Shown: positions 40,170 to 53,402 of the stretch, in pieces
How positions within the stretch are numbered: the stretch's first letter is position 1
Layout of the letters: each line of letters opens with the position of its first letter
From: Octopus vulgaris
Lineage: Eukaryota
DNA length: 64,000 nt
Reading direction: 5' to 3'
Assembly (NCBI GenBank): GCA_951406725.2
Contig: OX597831.1
Location: forward strand, 15,996,001-16,060,000
The notes under the pieces: generated by a model
The model's input: only the letters and a program-made list of their open reading frames with translations
What the model was told of the DNA's origin: nothing
The model's database searches: none
Position numbers and translations under genes: made by a program

Positions 40170-41080
40170 AGTGTATGTGTTGTTTGTAGTGTGTGTGTGC
40201 ATGTGTGTGTTCGTGTGTGTATGCGTAGTGTGGGTGTGTGGCGTAACCTAGTACGTGTGAGCTTGTACGTGTGTGTGTGTAGGGATGTATATGTGGGTTT
40301 ATTTGTGTGAGAGTGTATGTATGTACGTGTATGTGTGTGCGTGTATGTGTGCGTTTGTATGTGTTTGTGTGTATGTGTGCATGCGCGGATAGGTGTATAT
40401 TGTGTATGTATATCTGTCGGTGTGTATGTGAGTTTGTGTGTGTTTGTACGCGTGTATGTGTGTGTGAGTGTATAGTATATATATATATGTGAATGTGTGT
40501 GTGTGCGTGTGTGTGTACGTGCGTGCGAGTGAATGTATGTATATATGTGTGCGTGTGTGTACAATGTAGGGGCTTATATGTGTGTTTATATGTGTGTGTG
40601 TATGTATGTGTGTATGTGTGTATATGTATGTGTATGTATGTATGTATATGTATGCGGGTGTGTATGTATGTATGTGTGTATGTGTGTGTATGTGTGTATG
40701 CATGCGTGTGTGTATATATGTATGTGTGTATGTGTGTGTATGTGTGTATGTATGTATGTAGGTGTATGTGTATGTATGTGTGTGTATGTATGTATGTACG
40801 TACGTATGTATGTATGTGTGTGTGTATGTATGTATGTACGTATGTGTGTATGTATGTATTTTTGCATGCGTGTATGCGTGTATGTGCGTGTGTGTACATA
40901 TGTATGTTTATGTATGTGTGTGTATGTATGTATTTATGTATGTGTGTATGTATGTGTGTGTATGTATGTATGTGTGCATGCGTGTATGTGTGCATGTGTG
41001 TGTGTATGTATGTACGTATATATATGTGTGTGTATGTGTGTGTATGTATGTATATGTGTGTGTATGTGTATGCATACACA
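40170..41080. repeat. (TG/TATG)n mosaic low-complexity tract
   Basis: Direct reading; source of the long HT/VC pseudo-ORFs. Confidence 0.95.
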
Positions 41081-41178
41081 CAGACACACACACACATATA
41101 ATATATATATATATAGAGAGAGAGTGGGGAATGTGTCTGTGTGTGCGCGCGCATGTGTATGTAAAATTATATGCTTAC

Positions 41179-41291
41179 CAGTGAACTTGAATGCCAACAC
41201 AGCGATGCTATCGAAAATATTAGAAACATTGAAATTGATGACGTATTTGAGGTTGCGACTTTGACTCCATTGGACCCAAATTTTATCTTCA
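41179..41291 (-). CDS. Gene B coding exon 4: (V)KIKFGSNGVKVATSNTSSISMFLIFSIASLCWHSSSL, GPI-signal-like
   Basis: tatattccag acceptor identical to gene C; donor gtaagc at the homologous position (read-through would stop at 41167). Confidence 0.8.
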
Positions 41292-41714
41292 CTGGAATAT
41301 ATAGAAAGAACGGTTTTTAGCAATAAGATTCGGAATACATTATTGACTAGCTATCTAATTCCTGATCTATGTCATTTTGATATTCTGCGATTATATTCCC
41401 TAATATTTCTCTCCCTCTTATGAGCTAACAAATTAGGCAATAAAAAATACTGCAGGGTGGACATTAACAGAAAAAGGTACCAGTGTCACTCTATAAGTCA
41501 CTCTATTAATCTTCTTAGGAACAAACTCTATAAGAACAAGTTTAAACATGAAAGTGCTACAAATGAATGTCAGAGGATATTTTCGATAAAGAAGAAAAAC
41601 AAAACTGAAGTATGCTAATCGATTTATGACTATACTGGCATACATAAAAAAAAACAAAACATTGTGTTCGATTTTTCAGCAAATAATTACAATGGAAAGC
41701 TTAATAGAAACTAC

Positions 41715-41998
41715 CAGCATTATTGGTTTCAAATTTTGAAAGAGGTTAGAAATATCGGTGGGTGGAGTGGTCGATATCATCGACATTACTGTTCAACAGG
41801 AACTTATATTTATCCAACACAAAAGAATGAAATGAAAAGTCGACCACAGCTGAGTATTTCAGCTCAGAACGTAAAGACAGAAGAAATTCTTCGAATGCAT
41901 CCTATTTCGCCAGCTCACCGACATGTATTTATTTGTAGATGCCAAAACAATGAAAGGCAAAGTCGACCTCAGCGGACGTTACCGCTGAGTTGCCGCCT
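41715..41998 (-). mobile_element. SINE family D, diverged
   Basis: gatgaaaggcaaagtcgacc / ctcagaacgtaaagacag motifs match reverse complement of 62328-62545. Confidence 0.65.
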
Positions 41999-42131
41999 TA
42001 AAAACCCGTAAAATTAAAGTAAGATGATCATTCAAAATATTAGAATATTAGAATATTATTGCTTAGACTATTCTTTCTTGTACGCGTTGGCTTTTCAGTA
42101 ATACCATAGTAAAGAAAAATTATTTCATTAC

Positions 42132-42220
42132 CTATGCATTTTAGACTATATATTGCACGGAAAAATTTGCTGCATTCCGGAAATACGGAAGAAAAACATT
42201 TCTCAAAAAACTTCAAACGC
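42132..42220 (-). CDS. Gene B coding exon 3: (R)RLKFFEKCFSSVFPECSKFFRAIYSLKCI
   Basis: attttccag acceptor, gtaatg donor, 89 nt. Confidence 0.88.
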
Positions 42221-42344
42221 CTGGAAAATAGGAAGATGCCAAAAATAATAATTCTAGAAGAAAAATACAAAAAAACATATATATATATATATGTGTGTTT
42301 ATATTTGTGTGTGTTTGTGTGTGTGCGTGTGTGTTTGTCTGTTT

Positions 42345-42401
<57 letters not shown>

Positions 42402-43245
42402 TTTATATTCTGTACTGCTTTTAACTTAATTTCTTCTTTAGAGAATCTGGGTGTAATTTATCTTTTCGTTTCAGATTTTATCCAGAATAATTCATGATCT
42501 TCATAGGAGGGGTGTTTCCTAACCGTGACACTGCCATTCCTCAGCTCTGCATATAAGGTTCGTGTTTTAGTATAATTAACCTCTCATCAAGTGCTTTGTT
42601 TAGGGAATCAACACAGACATTTGTTAATTTGTTTCTAAGTTATACATGGTGAAGTTAAAGCTAATTATCCCTGTTACAGTTTGTTGCTGTTGACCGTCCA
42701 ATATGATGGCATACATTGTGGATCTTTTCCTCTAGGTTTTTCCTTCCATCTAGGTTGTTTCTGTTTAGCTTTTTTATAACATTGCGTACTGCGAATTTCT
42801 GCTAGTGTTCTTTAAGTGTCATAACAGCTGTGTATATAAAGTTATTAGTAATCTAGTAAATAAGCATCACATTATTCCACGTGCTCTCTAGTGACATCGT
42901 CGGTAAATTTCAGCCTTAGAACAGTTGGGATTTTCTTATTCTTTTTAAGAATGTGTTTAGGGAAAAATGTAGTATAGATGCAAACGATCGTTGTACTAAA
43001 TAAGGAATAATACCCGATCCAACTTCTAGTTACTTACTCAATAATATATATATATATATATGTATGTGTGTGTCTGTGAGAGTATCTGTGTGTGTGTGTG
43101 TGTGTGTGCGCGTATAAACGCACGCGCGCGCGCACACACACTCATAGATATATATATATTTAAATGCAATCGAGGGTCGCATAACAAGACTTCCGTACAA
43201 CTATTAGTAGAAATAACAGCCACAAAAAGTAAGATATTTGTGTAC

Positions 43246-43345
43246 CTGCAGTAATCCGAAAGCACTGTATTAAGATTATCTGGGTTCATGGCTTTGTGGC
43301 ACATTTTTCTGGCGTAATCAAAGCAAAATTCTGAGGTTACCAGAC
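43246..43345 (-). CDS. Gene B coding exon 2: (G)LVTSEFCFDYARKMCHKAMNPDNLNTVLSDYC
   Basis: tcttttag acceptor, gtacac donor, 100 nt. Confidence 0.88.
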
Positions 43346-44085
43346 CTAAAAGATACATGAAACAAAATCTTTCTTGAAATTCTTTGGTATTACTATTCAG
43401 AATCGAAAGCAAAGGCCGATTTGTGATGTGACTGTCTGTTCAATTTGTGTGTGTTTTTGTTTGTGTGCGCGTCGTTGTATTACACTTTGGTAGTTCTTAT
43501 TCGTCAGAATATTCAAAATGTTATGGTTATATCAAGGTATTGCACATCTTTAGTTTCTGAAATGATAAATTTGCTAGTGCTGATGTGTTTTAACAACTAT
43601 ATTTACAGCGATGTGATTAATTTCTCGTATCTGTGCCTATGTTGAAAAAAAAGCAAAAAAACATTTTACTTTCGCGTTTTGTCTTTTCTCCAAAAATTTG
43701 AGGAAATGAGTGTATGGTCCTGGCATTGCTGGAATATTAGATGTTAATGCTCTTTGCCTATATTTTTATTGAATGTTTTCCACGGCGCTCGTTGGAAATG
43801 TCATGAGAAAAGATATCTTTTGTGTTTTTGCACATTTGTGCTACGATATTTTTACAATAACATATGTGTGTGTGTGCGTGCGCGCGTGTTAAACAGTCTG
43901 TGTCGATAATGCTCATCTTACATTCAAGCTCATACATGCAAGAATATCCACAATCGAAACCATCTTTATTCTGATTGATGCTCAACAATTGATAACGTTT
44001 ATCTGAGTTGTTTCCGTCCAAAGGTGTCGGATACCTAGTGGTCAACAGAGGGAATACTGGGGATCTGTGTACTAAATTCAAAATT

Positions 44086-44120
<35 letters not shown>

Positions 44121-44200
44121 TATACATACATACACATAAACATATGCATATATATATATATGCATATATATATATATATATATGCATATATATATATATA

Positions 44201-44240
<40 letters not shown>

Positions 44241-44274
44241 TATATATATATATATATGCATATATATATATATA

Positions 44275-44394
<120 letters not shown>

Positions 44395-44610
44395 TTTGTT
44401 GAAATGGAAAGATGAATTATCTTGTTAGGGATTATTCAAAAGTTTAACCGATACCTGGGTAGCAAAAAATCACAGCAGAAAAAACACGGTTGAAGATAAG
44501 CCCATATGGTGTTGCAACCGTACGTTGGTGCGGATAATTGAAGTTTAATATAATTAGCGATTGGAAGAAATGGAGTTGAACGAAGATTGCACAGAATTCC
44601 TTTTATTACA

Positions 44611-44690
44611 TTCTACACATGTTTCAAAGGCCACAATTTTCCAAATTCTGATTAAAAAAGGATACCATATTGCAGCTTTCTCTTCAGGAA
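44611..44690 (-). ncRNA. Type I hammerhead ribozyme
   Basis: Inverted copy of 44831-44910. Confidence 0.7.
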
Positions 44691-44830
44691 AAACCAGGAA
44701 TTACGTTGTCAGAACAAAACAAAACAAAAGCGCAGCAAAGCAATTCGAACGAGGACGCTCGTTAAGAGCCCATGGGTAAAATTTAAGAGCCCATGGGTAA
44801 AATTTGTTCTGACAACGTAATTCCTGGTTT

Positions 44831-44910
44831 TTCCTGAAGAGAAAGCTGCAATATGGTATCCTTATTTAAACAGAATTTGGAAAATTGTGGCCTTTGAAAC
44901 ATGTGTAGAA
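44831..44910 (+). ncRNA. Type I hammerhead ribozyme
   Basis: ttc-CTGAAGA-gaaagctgcaat...attgtggccttt-GAAACatgtGTA-gaa. Confidence 0.7.
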
Positions 44911-44991
44911 TGTAATAAAAGGAATTCTGTGCAATCTTCGTTCAACTCCATTTCTTCCAATCACTAATTATATATATATATATATATATGA

Positions 44992-45071
<80 letters not shown>

Positions 45072-45075
45072 CTTA

Positions 45076-45660
45076 AGGTTATCAAGCCACGTTGTAGAGT
45101 GGGGATAAACTCTTGCTACCTAAAAACATGCACTTATGTCAAGTATCTCAAAGACCGTCTGATAGCCAAGTCCAAATCCTTGCCTTCTCGTGAGGCCTAT
45201 TCCCTGGGCCCGGCGGAAATGTTACAACTAGCAGGAGAAGTGGCAAAATCAGTGCTTCGTGTAGATGGGAACCGTCGGGCAAGCCATCTAAGAGAAGGAA
45301 AACTCTGACTCTAAACCCCACTGTTTGTGACGAATCCCATCATGGGGAAGACTTGGGGAGGAAACCCTGAGGAGGAATTCGGGGCTGGAATCCCAATCCC
45401 AAGCTGTATTGACCTCTGCCTTTCCCATGGATACTATCTGTGATGTCGAAGCTGAAAGTCTTTCACAGAAACTTCCAGGCCTGCGCCCGCCCTGGAGAGG
45501 ACACTACAGAGTCGCGAATCGCGATGATGAAACAACACAGAAAACAGCAGTTACCGGTGATAAGTCTTTGCTCAATTGACGCATGCGCGAAGGGCTGTTT
45601 TTGACGATGGGAGAGACTTTAGCATCTTACTGGGTAACTACCGCCCGTCTGAAGCTGTTC
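45076..45660 (+). mobile_element. Probable RTE-clade LINE 5'UTR fragment
   Basis: GC-richer block with agagaaggaaaactctgactctaaacc motif recalled from RTE 5'UTRs; no ORF. Confidence 0.45.
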
Positions 45661-46235
45661 CGCAAGAAACGTGTCTTGCGGACATTCTTGAGAGTCACGC
45701 CTGCTTTTAAAAGCTATATTTCCCGAGTAATATTAAGTCTAGTAGACACTTCCTCCTGAGCTGCTGTCGCATACCGACTGCCTTTTCAAACTTCAGTAGT
45801 ACGTTAGGAAAGTTTATTTTTTCAAAGCATAACGAGGCGTTCCTCTTTATTTTTTATGGGTTACGTATCAAATCAAAAGATTTATCTCTTGTGACCAAGA
45901 GAGTTTCTATGAATAATCGAAAATTAACTGAGATTACACGTTTCAATGGAAGGCATAATGATTATCAGACTTCAATATGAAGTACCAATGTGGGAAATAT
46001 TATATTATATAATTCAGTCATCCATATTAATCACATTTCAGTGATAATACCACTCAGTTGTGTAAAAATATATAATGGGATGCATGTGTCAGTCTGCGCT
46101 CGTGTGGCTATTTCTCAGTGTATATGTACAGTATGTTGCTATATTATCATGTAGCTAACTAGCAAGATAGCTTAACAATGAAACTTGATTTACGACATAT
46201 ACATGGTGAATGTTTCTTTTCTTACAATTACTTAC

Positions 46236-46272
46236 CTACAAGCAGGAGACAGATGCCCAGCACGGTTTTAAT
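46236..46272 (-). CDS. Gene B coding exon 1: signal peptide (ATT)KTVLGICLLLV(G), start codon ATT
   Basis: 37 nt, gtaagt donor, AG acceptor 10 nt upstream as in gene A. Confidence 0.75.
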
Positions 46273-47475
46273 TGTGCTTCTTCTCGTAAACCGGAAACTT
46301 TGTTAGCTTAAGGATCGCAAGCATCCGACTTCTGAAGTGTTTTATAAATAAATGGAATAATGTGACATGTGTTTGCTCTGTGCATACCATGTACATATAT
46401 GTATGCATATACGACATACACACACAGACACACTTCTACATGTGTATATATAGGTATACATATATGTATATACACACACACATACATATATATATATATA
46501 AAATATAAGTTATTACATCTGTTTTATGACAAATTCAAGTGACTTTAATGATTTACTTCAAAAGTTCATTTGTTGCATGTGGAGAATGCCTTTAATATTA
46601 GATACATACCTCAGAATAGTCAAATGCTAATACTTGGATGATGGTTTCTTTCTGTAGCAAGTATTCAATTTGTATACAATACACATGTATAGAAAAAAAT
46701 ATATGTACGCACATATATTTGCATGCTTTTATATAGATATACAATATATATATATATATATTGTAAATAGATGGGACATCTATATTACAAGGCATGAGAG
46801 CTAAACATCTATAATGCTGTAATTAACGCTCTTGAATGAAAGCATATTAACTAAGTGGGACTCAACTGATGAGGCAAGGGAAATTGCTGAATTGACGTAT
46901 AGCTGTTGTTTCTAGCAATGTAGATGATTTCTGAAACCCTTCGCATGTTTAGTGACAATAATAATTGTCCTTTTCGGTGAAAAATTGCAAACTGCTGTTT
47001 ATAATAATGTCATACACGCAAACACACACACACACGCACGTGCGTATACACACACACATATAATTATCATTAAATACGACTAGGGTTTTAGAAAAGCGTA
47101 GCTTGTTAGAAATAAGGGCTAAAATACTCTAGCGCGTTAATCAACGCAGATAAATGTAAATATATACGGTAACAGAGACGTTAATCGTTCGAAAAATGTG
47201 CATCAAGAATTCTTAGTGCTGACGTCAGTTTCTGCAATTTCCGTTGCTTATCAGTCGAGAATGACGACAGTATTAAGAATTCTTGATCGGAATGCTTTGG
47301 ACCATTAATGTCCCCGTTAGGGCATATGTTTATATTTATGAGTGTTCAATACAACATTAGAGTAGTTTAGCTATTATTTCTTGCAATGTTATGTGTTTCT
47401 AACACTCTAGTGACATTTACTGACAAACAAAATTCTTCTTTTTGCTAAAGCAGTGCAAACTACTGTTTATTTTCA

Positions 47476-47533
<58 letters not shown>

Positions 47534-47572
47534 GTCTGTAAATGTAATATGTGACAATTATTCGGTAGCCAT

Positions 47573-47633
47573 GATAAAACTCCGAGTTTCAGATGCTGAG
47601 GTGGAAAACCGTGCCGCCATCTCTTCAGTTATC
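47573..47633 (-). ncRNA. Type I hammerhead ribozyme
   Basis: gataa-CTGAAGA-gatg...catct-GAAACtcggaGTT-ttatc. Confidence 0.75.
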
Positions 47634-47800
47634 CGGTTATCGGGAAAATGCTATGAAAAATGAGCGTTATCGCCACAAGACTTAAATTAGATAAAAAGAA
47701 ATAGTGGTCATCCCCACAAAAGAGGCTTTTATTACTATCAAAGCCCATAAAAAGGTTTTCCTATCCAGGGTCATTTTTCATAGTATTTTTCCAATGGCCG

Positions 47801-47861
47801 GATAACTGAAGAGATGGCGGCGTGGTTTCCCACCTCGGCATCCGAAACTCGGAGTTTTATC
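47801..47861 (+). ncRNA. Type I hammerhead ribozyme
   Basis: gataa-CTGAAGA-gatg...catcc-GAAACtcggaGTT-ttatc; 5-bp stem I, GUU triplet. Confidence 0.75.
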
Positions 47862-47989
47862 ATAGCAACTGAATAATTGTCACATATTAGATTTACAGGT
47901 AAATTCCTCGATTTACATAATATCGAGTTCTCTTTCTTTTGTTGTCTTACTATTTTTATCAATATATATTTGGCGAAAGTTGATGCGAT

Positions 47990-48405
47990 ATCTCTTATCG
48001 ATGCGTACGAGGAAAACAAAAATCCGTATCGATATGTTGTCAGGGAAACCATTTACAAAAGCCACCGGTGCTGCCATTTCTAATCCCTCTCCGGTGAAAC
48101 AAGGCAGCATGACCTATCTCCGAATTTCCTGTTGCATACATGTCCGCATGTTCTCCTATCCAACCGACCTTTTATATCTTGGCGAACACAGCATATGGTC
48201 CTTCTGTAAATGCTTCTTCCAAGCGTTGTTCGATCTTCTCCGCATCCAGTTGGCCTGTATCGTCTGTTTCACTGTACATCGCCAACGTGTTTCCATCCAG
48301 ATACAGAGCAATCACACCTGCAGCATCTATAATGCTTTCCAGGCTGGCCACCATGTTGATCATTCGAATCAATGTGATAACATATCCCCCTCCACAGAAG
48401 CGTCG
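47990..48405 (-). mobile_element. Degenerate Gypsy LTR-retrotransposon gag fragment
   Basis: IALYLDGNTLAMY..DAEKIEQRLEEAFTEG..W.GEHADMYA..FTGEGLE..AFVNGFPDNIS resembles invertebrate Gypsy gag. Confidence 0.65.
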
Positions 48406-48429
48406 GAGGCGTCGCTACTGATTTTCGTT

Positions 48430-48820
48430 TTGCTGATATATCCTCTTTATCCGCTTATTTAAGCGTTATTATGTTATCTTTTGTAGACGCTTAAGCTCAG
48501 ACATATCTGATTTGTTAATATTTGACCTAAAATTAGTTTTGCGTCTGAGGGGAAATTTAGACAGGATATCAATCATTTTCCGAGATAGTTATTACGTACT
48601 TTTTTCAAAGTATGTTTTGATTTATTCCTTACTAGTGATTCATCAACGTCACTAATTTTATTATCAAAGAATTCAAGAAACAATTTTTGATAGAATGTTT
48701 GAATATCCTCATCCCATTCATGCTGTCGGCTCTTGGTTTACGAGTGAGTATCAGTGCTTTTGTCAAAATTTGGAATTCATCATTGTCTAAGTTTATTTTC
48801 GATAAATTAGTCATTTTGGG
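48430..48820 (-). mobile_element. Degenerate Penelope-like N-terminal ORF fragment (may extend to ~49690)
   Basis: NLSKINLDNDEFQILTKAL and SNINKSDMSELKRLQ..NIITLK*ADK match the PLE NLS..L.KGL and KPADKG motifs. Confidence 0.7.
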
Positions 48821-51411
48821 GTCGACGCGTTCAGTTTTTTTTTACGTGTTTCCTTTTAGTTAATTTTTTTCTTCCAATGTTTGTTGCCTGAGGATACAAA
48901 ATGGATGTTTTTTACTCGTTATGATTTTTATTACTGTTGATGTACGCTAGATGAAGTTTGTGTATCACTTGCTTGTATTCCACGTGGTTTCCTGATATTT
49001 TCTGTCCTGTTTCGAATACAGTTTTCCAATTTATTGCTGGTATACATTTTAACAATCTAGGGAAATAATCTAGGTCCGCTTCGGGGTCTTATTAGAGATC
49101 TTGAGTATCATCTGTTTTTCTATTCCTGATGAATATCGTTTATGATTTCGTTTATGATTTTGTTCTTGTTCTGTGCATGAAGTCATTCTTGTAATATGAG
49201 TTCTTACCGTAGTTGGTTTTGACCCATGATGAAATGAGTAGGTTTTTTTTTGCCTCGTGTTCTTAGCATCTTCTGCACTGAGGTGGCTATTCCTTTTTAA
49301 TTCTATTTCTCAATGTTGTAGAGATTTTACTCTAATTTGCGGCATGTTTATCGAGAAATGATTGTATGCGCTGCCATAACTGTCTAGATCTGTTTTCGTC
49401 TTTTGAGATATCCCTGGTCCATAGAGTTTGCATTTTTCAGCTCTGTTGCCAGACGTCAGCTTTTATATTTCACCGACAATTCCATCATCGGTAGCTTCGT
49501 ATTCCATGAGTAACAGAATTGTTTACATAGAGTAACAGTGATATCGGTCTGGACTGTTCTTATATTGAGCTCTCATCGAATGTGCTGTTTCCTCCCCCGG
49601 TTCTCCTACAATTTCCTTGATTAGGTACTTATGGCAGTATGGATGAAGCTAGTGAAATCCATTTAGAATGAATTTCAGTTCCCGCCTTTTTATACCTAAC
49701 GGAACTTTTGTTTTCTTACGTTGATAAGGCTTTTCCATGGGACTTTGTTACTAGATTTTAATCCCAGGAATACATCATTTCCACCTCTTATTGGCACAGA
49801 AATACAAACACATACACGCACACATTCCATGCTTTGTGGACTGCATTGCAATTGCCTCCGATTATAAGCATATGAGACCATGGAACAACAATGTCGGGGA
49901 AGTAAAGCTAAAGAAACGGTTGAAGTTATAAAATTAGTTTCATCCTATTGGTGCAGGTCAATGCGTTATTTTTTCTGACGATTGCAAACCTGAAATTTGC
50001 AAACTGAATTCTAAATAAAATATATTCGTGCATTGCACCAGTCCGACATTTCCTAAGCAGATGTCACTGCCACTCATTATTCATGTGTTTATTTAATTAT
50101 TTATTTATTTACTTATTTATTTATTTATTTATTTACTTATTTATTTATTTATTTATTTATTTATTCATTCATTCATGTATCTATTTATTTTCCTTTGTAA
50201 TACGTAACTGCTTTCGTTTACAAGCAGTTTCTCAATTTCTTTGTGATGCGCCGTGTTACCAAATTGTATTTCAAATTCTACGATCCTCCTCTGCATGTGT
50301 GTTCTTTGGACTCTACATTTTACCTTGTTTCCTTGCTGTTACAGCAGAGTCCATCCTATAGCACAATGAAAAACGACTAATTATTATTCTTACTCCCTTT
50401 TCTGTCACGTTTCTTTCGTTTCAATTAAAAAACAAAACAAAGAGAAATGATATACCTATCATTGCAGCATAGATTTCAACGCGCAGCTGTTGCTTCAATC
50501 TAACATATTACGTAACACATGGCCAGTTGCTAATTTGTAATCCGGTTGCTATTTTATGCAATACGTAGAAAGAGAATTATTCTAATGGGTGTTTGTTTTT
50601 GTTATAAAATATTTGATAGTGAATTCTTTCACCTCTTTAGTATTGCAAATTACCGTGTCCGGAGTGTAGCAAGATTTACGGTAAATCAAAAGTAATTTTT
50701 AATTGTGTAGACTTACACACACAGATAAATGCATACTAATATACATGCGAATGTATATACTAGTACATGCGTGTTTGTGTGTATGTGTGCGAGTGAGTGT
50801 GATTAGATGTAACTAGATAATACTATTTCTAAAGAAGTTCAAACCGGGATATGAGCACCAATGGATATAAATAAAGAAAATTCTGAAGCAGAACCAAATT
50901 ATTCTTCAATAATTAAGAGTCTCTGAAGAATAGAGAGACTAAAGTCCATAAAAAATTACCAATATTTTCAAACTTAAAACATCCTCAGTGGAACGTTTAA
51001 CGCGCATGAGTTAAGACGACGGAAAATCAAATACGTTCCTCGGTGGAATCAATATACTGGTGCATTTTCCAAGAATTTTTCCCCTCGACCAAAGCTAGAA
51101 AGTATCTTAGACAATGATAATCGCAGAACACTTTATTTTCATTTTTGTTTCAAATTCTTCTTTTAGGAATCAGGGTTGTATGATTTCTGACCTGTGCATA
51201 GTAAAAATACTATATGATATTCTCTACGTCACGGTATTTATTCCTAATATGTTAAGGTATTTCTTCCTAATGGTAATGCGAAAAAATTTACATTATCCTA
51301 GTTGGTATTTTATTAGTTGTAAGAAATAATATAACTACTATGAATAATAACTATATTACACTAAAAATATGCTATTTTGATTTTAATATCATATGCAATA
51401 TCTTGTGTTAA

Positions 51412-51555
51412 CTCAAATTTAGCCGAGGTAGACTTTGCGTTTCATCCATTCATTCGGGGTTGACGAATTAAGTACCAGTTACGTACTAGAGTCGATATAA
51501 TCGAACGGTCCTCCCCTCCAAAAGTTGTGGCGTTGTGCCTAGAGTAGAAAAGAAT
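51412..51555 (+). mobile_element. SINE family D 3' part
   Basis: Matches 62405-62545. Confidence 0.7.
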
Positions 51556-51824
51556 ATCTTGTGTTAACTTGTTTTATTATACATATTGGTATATCACTAC
51601 ACTAAAGAAGTGTGATAAAAACACTTCATTTGTATTGAAAACCAAATTTATTTAACAATTTTAAGCCTTAATTATTCCATAGAAAATCGTGTCATGTGAT
51701 ACTTGGAAGCATCATCCTTGCATCGTCACCTGTTGTTATATACCTGTTGTTTGTAACTCTAATTGTGCACCATGTTCTCCGGTTTTGTAGTTGTTGCCGT
51801 ACACAATCGCTAGATTTCTTACAA

Positions 51825-51899
<75 letters not shown>

Positions 51900-51902
<3 letters not shown>

Positions 51903-53020
51903 TTTGATACTTTGATACTTTGATACTTTGATAGGTTTCGGCCATTATGGCCCAGGCCATGTCTAACTTAATAGCACCACCTGGTGAAGTCTTTCAAGTC
52001 AGAATTTGGGCACTATGGCCCACTCAAGTAGAGAGTTATTGTTTACAGAGACATATCCGGGTGTAGGGGGTTTATCCGGGATTTCTTGAAGGAATCTGTC
52101 CAAAGACTTCTTGAACCCTATAGGGTCAGTTTCTGTTTTAATGTGTTTTGGTGTAATGTTAAAGAGAGCGGGGCCAATTGAGGTGAAATAATTGTGCCGT
52201 ATTGTTGTTATGAGATGAGAGTGCGATTTTTGTTTTGGGCGGATGGCACGGGGCCCAAGCCTTGGATGTACCTTAAAGGTGATGCCAAATTCATTTGGGC
52301 AATGCTGATGGAATATTTTCCACATCATGCAGATGATGTAGCGCTCACGACGACGTTGGAGAGAATAAAGTTTTAGCTTTTCTAGTCGACCCCAATAGTC
52401 GAGGCCTGTCATGCCATCTATCTTTTTTGTGATTGCCCTTTGAGGTGCTTCAACTTTTATGATACCTTGTATTGTGTGGGGAGACCACAGTGGACAACAG
52501 AGTTCAAGGTGGGGTCGGGCAAAAGTGGAGAAGAGAAGGATAATGGTGTGGATATCTCTCGACTGGAAAGTTCTGAGAATCCAGGAACACATTCTGCGGG
52601 CCATGTCAACTTTGGTGTTTATATGAGTGGCCCAGCTTATGTTGTTGTCCATAATTACTCCCAAGTCTCTGATGTTGTTGGACGCCGCGAGAGTTTCACC
52701 TGAAGGAAGGGAGTATGGGAGTTTCAGGGCATCCTCTTTTCCAAAGTGGATTAACTCAAATTTATCCTCGTTCAGCAGCATATTGTTTTTTTCTGCCCAT
52801 TGGATAAGAGCCAGTAGATCTGACTGAAGGCATGTCCGGTCACTCGCCTCATTTATGACCTTCTGTAGCTTGGAATCATCTGCAAAGATTTTTATGTTGC
52901 TGTGCTTGATGATGTCATTAATGTCATTAATGTAAATGATGAAAAGAAGTGGGCCCAGCACAGTGCCTTGCGGAACGCCACTACTGACTTTGGCTGGGCT
53001 TGATTTTACCCCTTCAACTA
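51900..53020 (-). mobile_element. 5'-truncated CR1-group LINE (RT C-terminal half, open frame)
   Basis: SGVPQGTVLGPLLF, FADD, RDLGV, YSLQRRRERY in ORF 51999-52961; short 3'UTR and (ATCAAAGT)4 tail. Confidence 0.92.
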
Positions 53021-53147
53021 CAAGTTATAAAGTTAATCCAAACTATAAAGTTAATCCAAACATGAGAGCACAAAAAAACAGAACAACGTGAGGACGTGGA
53101 ACAAATATAGTATTACTGGACGCTCAGGAAGGAAGGAAAGAAGGAGG

Positions 53148-53182
53148 GTTTAACGTTTCGAGCGCAGCTCTTCCTCGGAAAC
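53148..53182 (-). ncRNA. Minimal HHR-like motif with CCGA core variant (second copy)
   Basis: gttt-CCGAGGA-a-gagc tgc gctc-GAAACGTT-aaac. Confidence 0.55.
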
Positions 53183-53251
53183 ATAGGAGAAGGAAAGATC
53201 CAGAGAAGGGAAGACAGAGGGGAAAAAATCTCCAACGGTACACACGCGGTC

Positions 53252-53402
53252 GACGAGTTTATTTCAGTTTCCGTCTACGAAATCCACTCACAAGGATTTG
53301 GTCGGCCCAATGTTATAGTAGAAAAGACTTACCCAAGTATCTACGAAGTGGGACTGAACTCAGAACAATGTGGTTGAGAAGCAAGCTTCTAACCACACAA
53401 CT
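53252..53402 (-). mobile_element. SINE family A head half
   Basis: Matches 12060-12210. Confidence 0.7.

Larger units (their letters stand above)
47536..47898. mobile_element. Penelope-type fold-back element with an HHR in each arm
   Basis: Arms 47536-47663 / 47771-47898; adjacent to (TA)n. Confidence 0.8.

Noticed and set aside
46862-47270. HHR candidates at 46866 (CTGATGA-hairpin-GAAT) and ~47215-47270 (CTGATAA..GAAAC)
   Set aside because: Core or cleavage triplet broken and stem I absent; at best decayed relics
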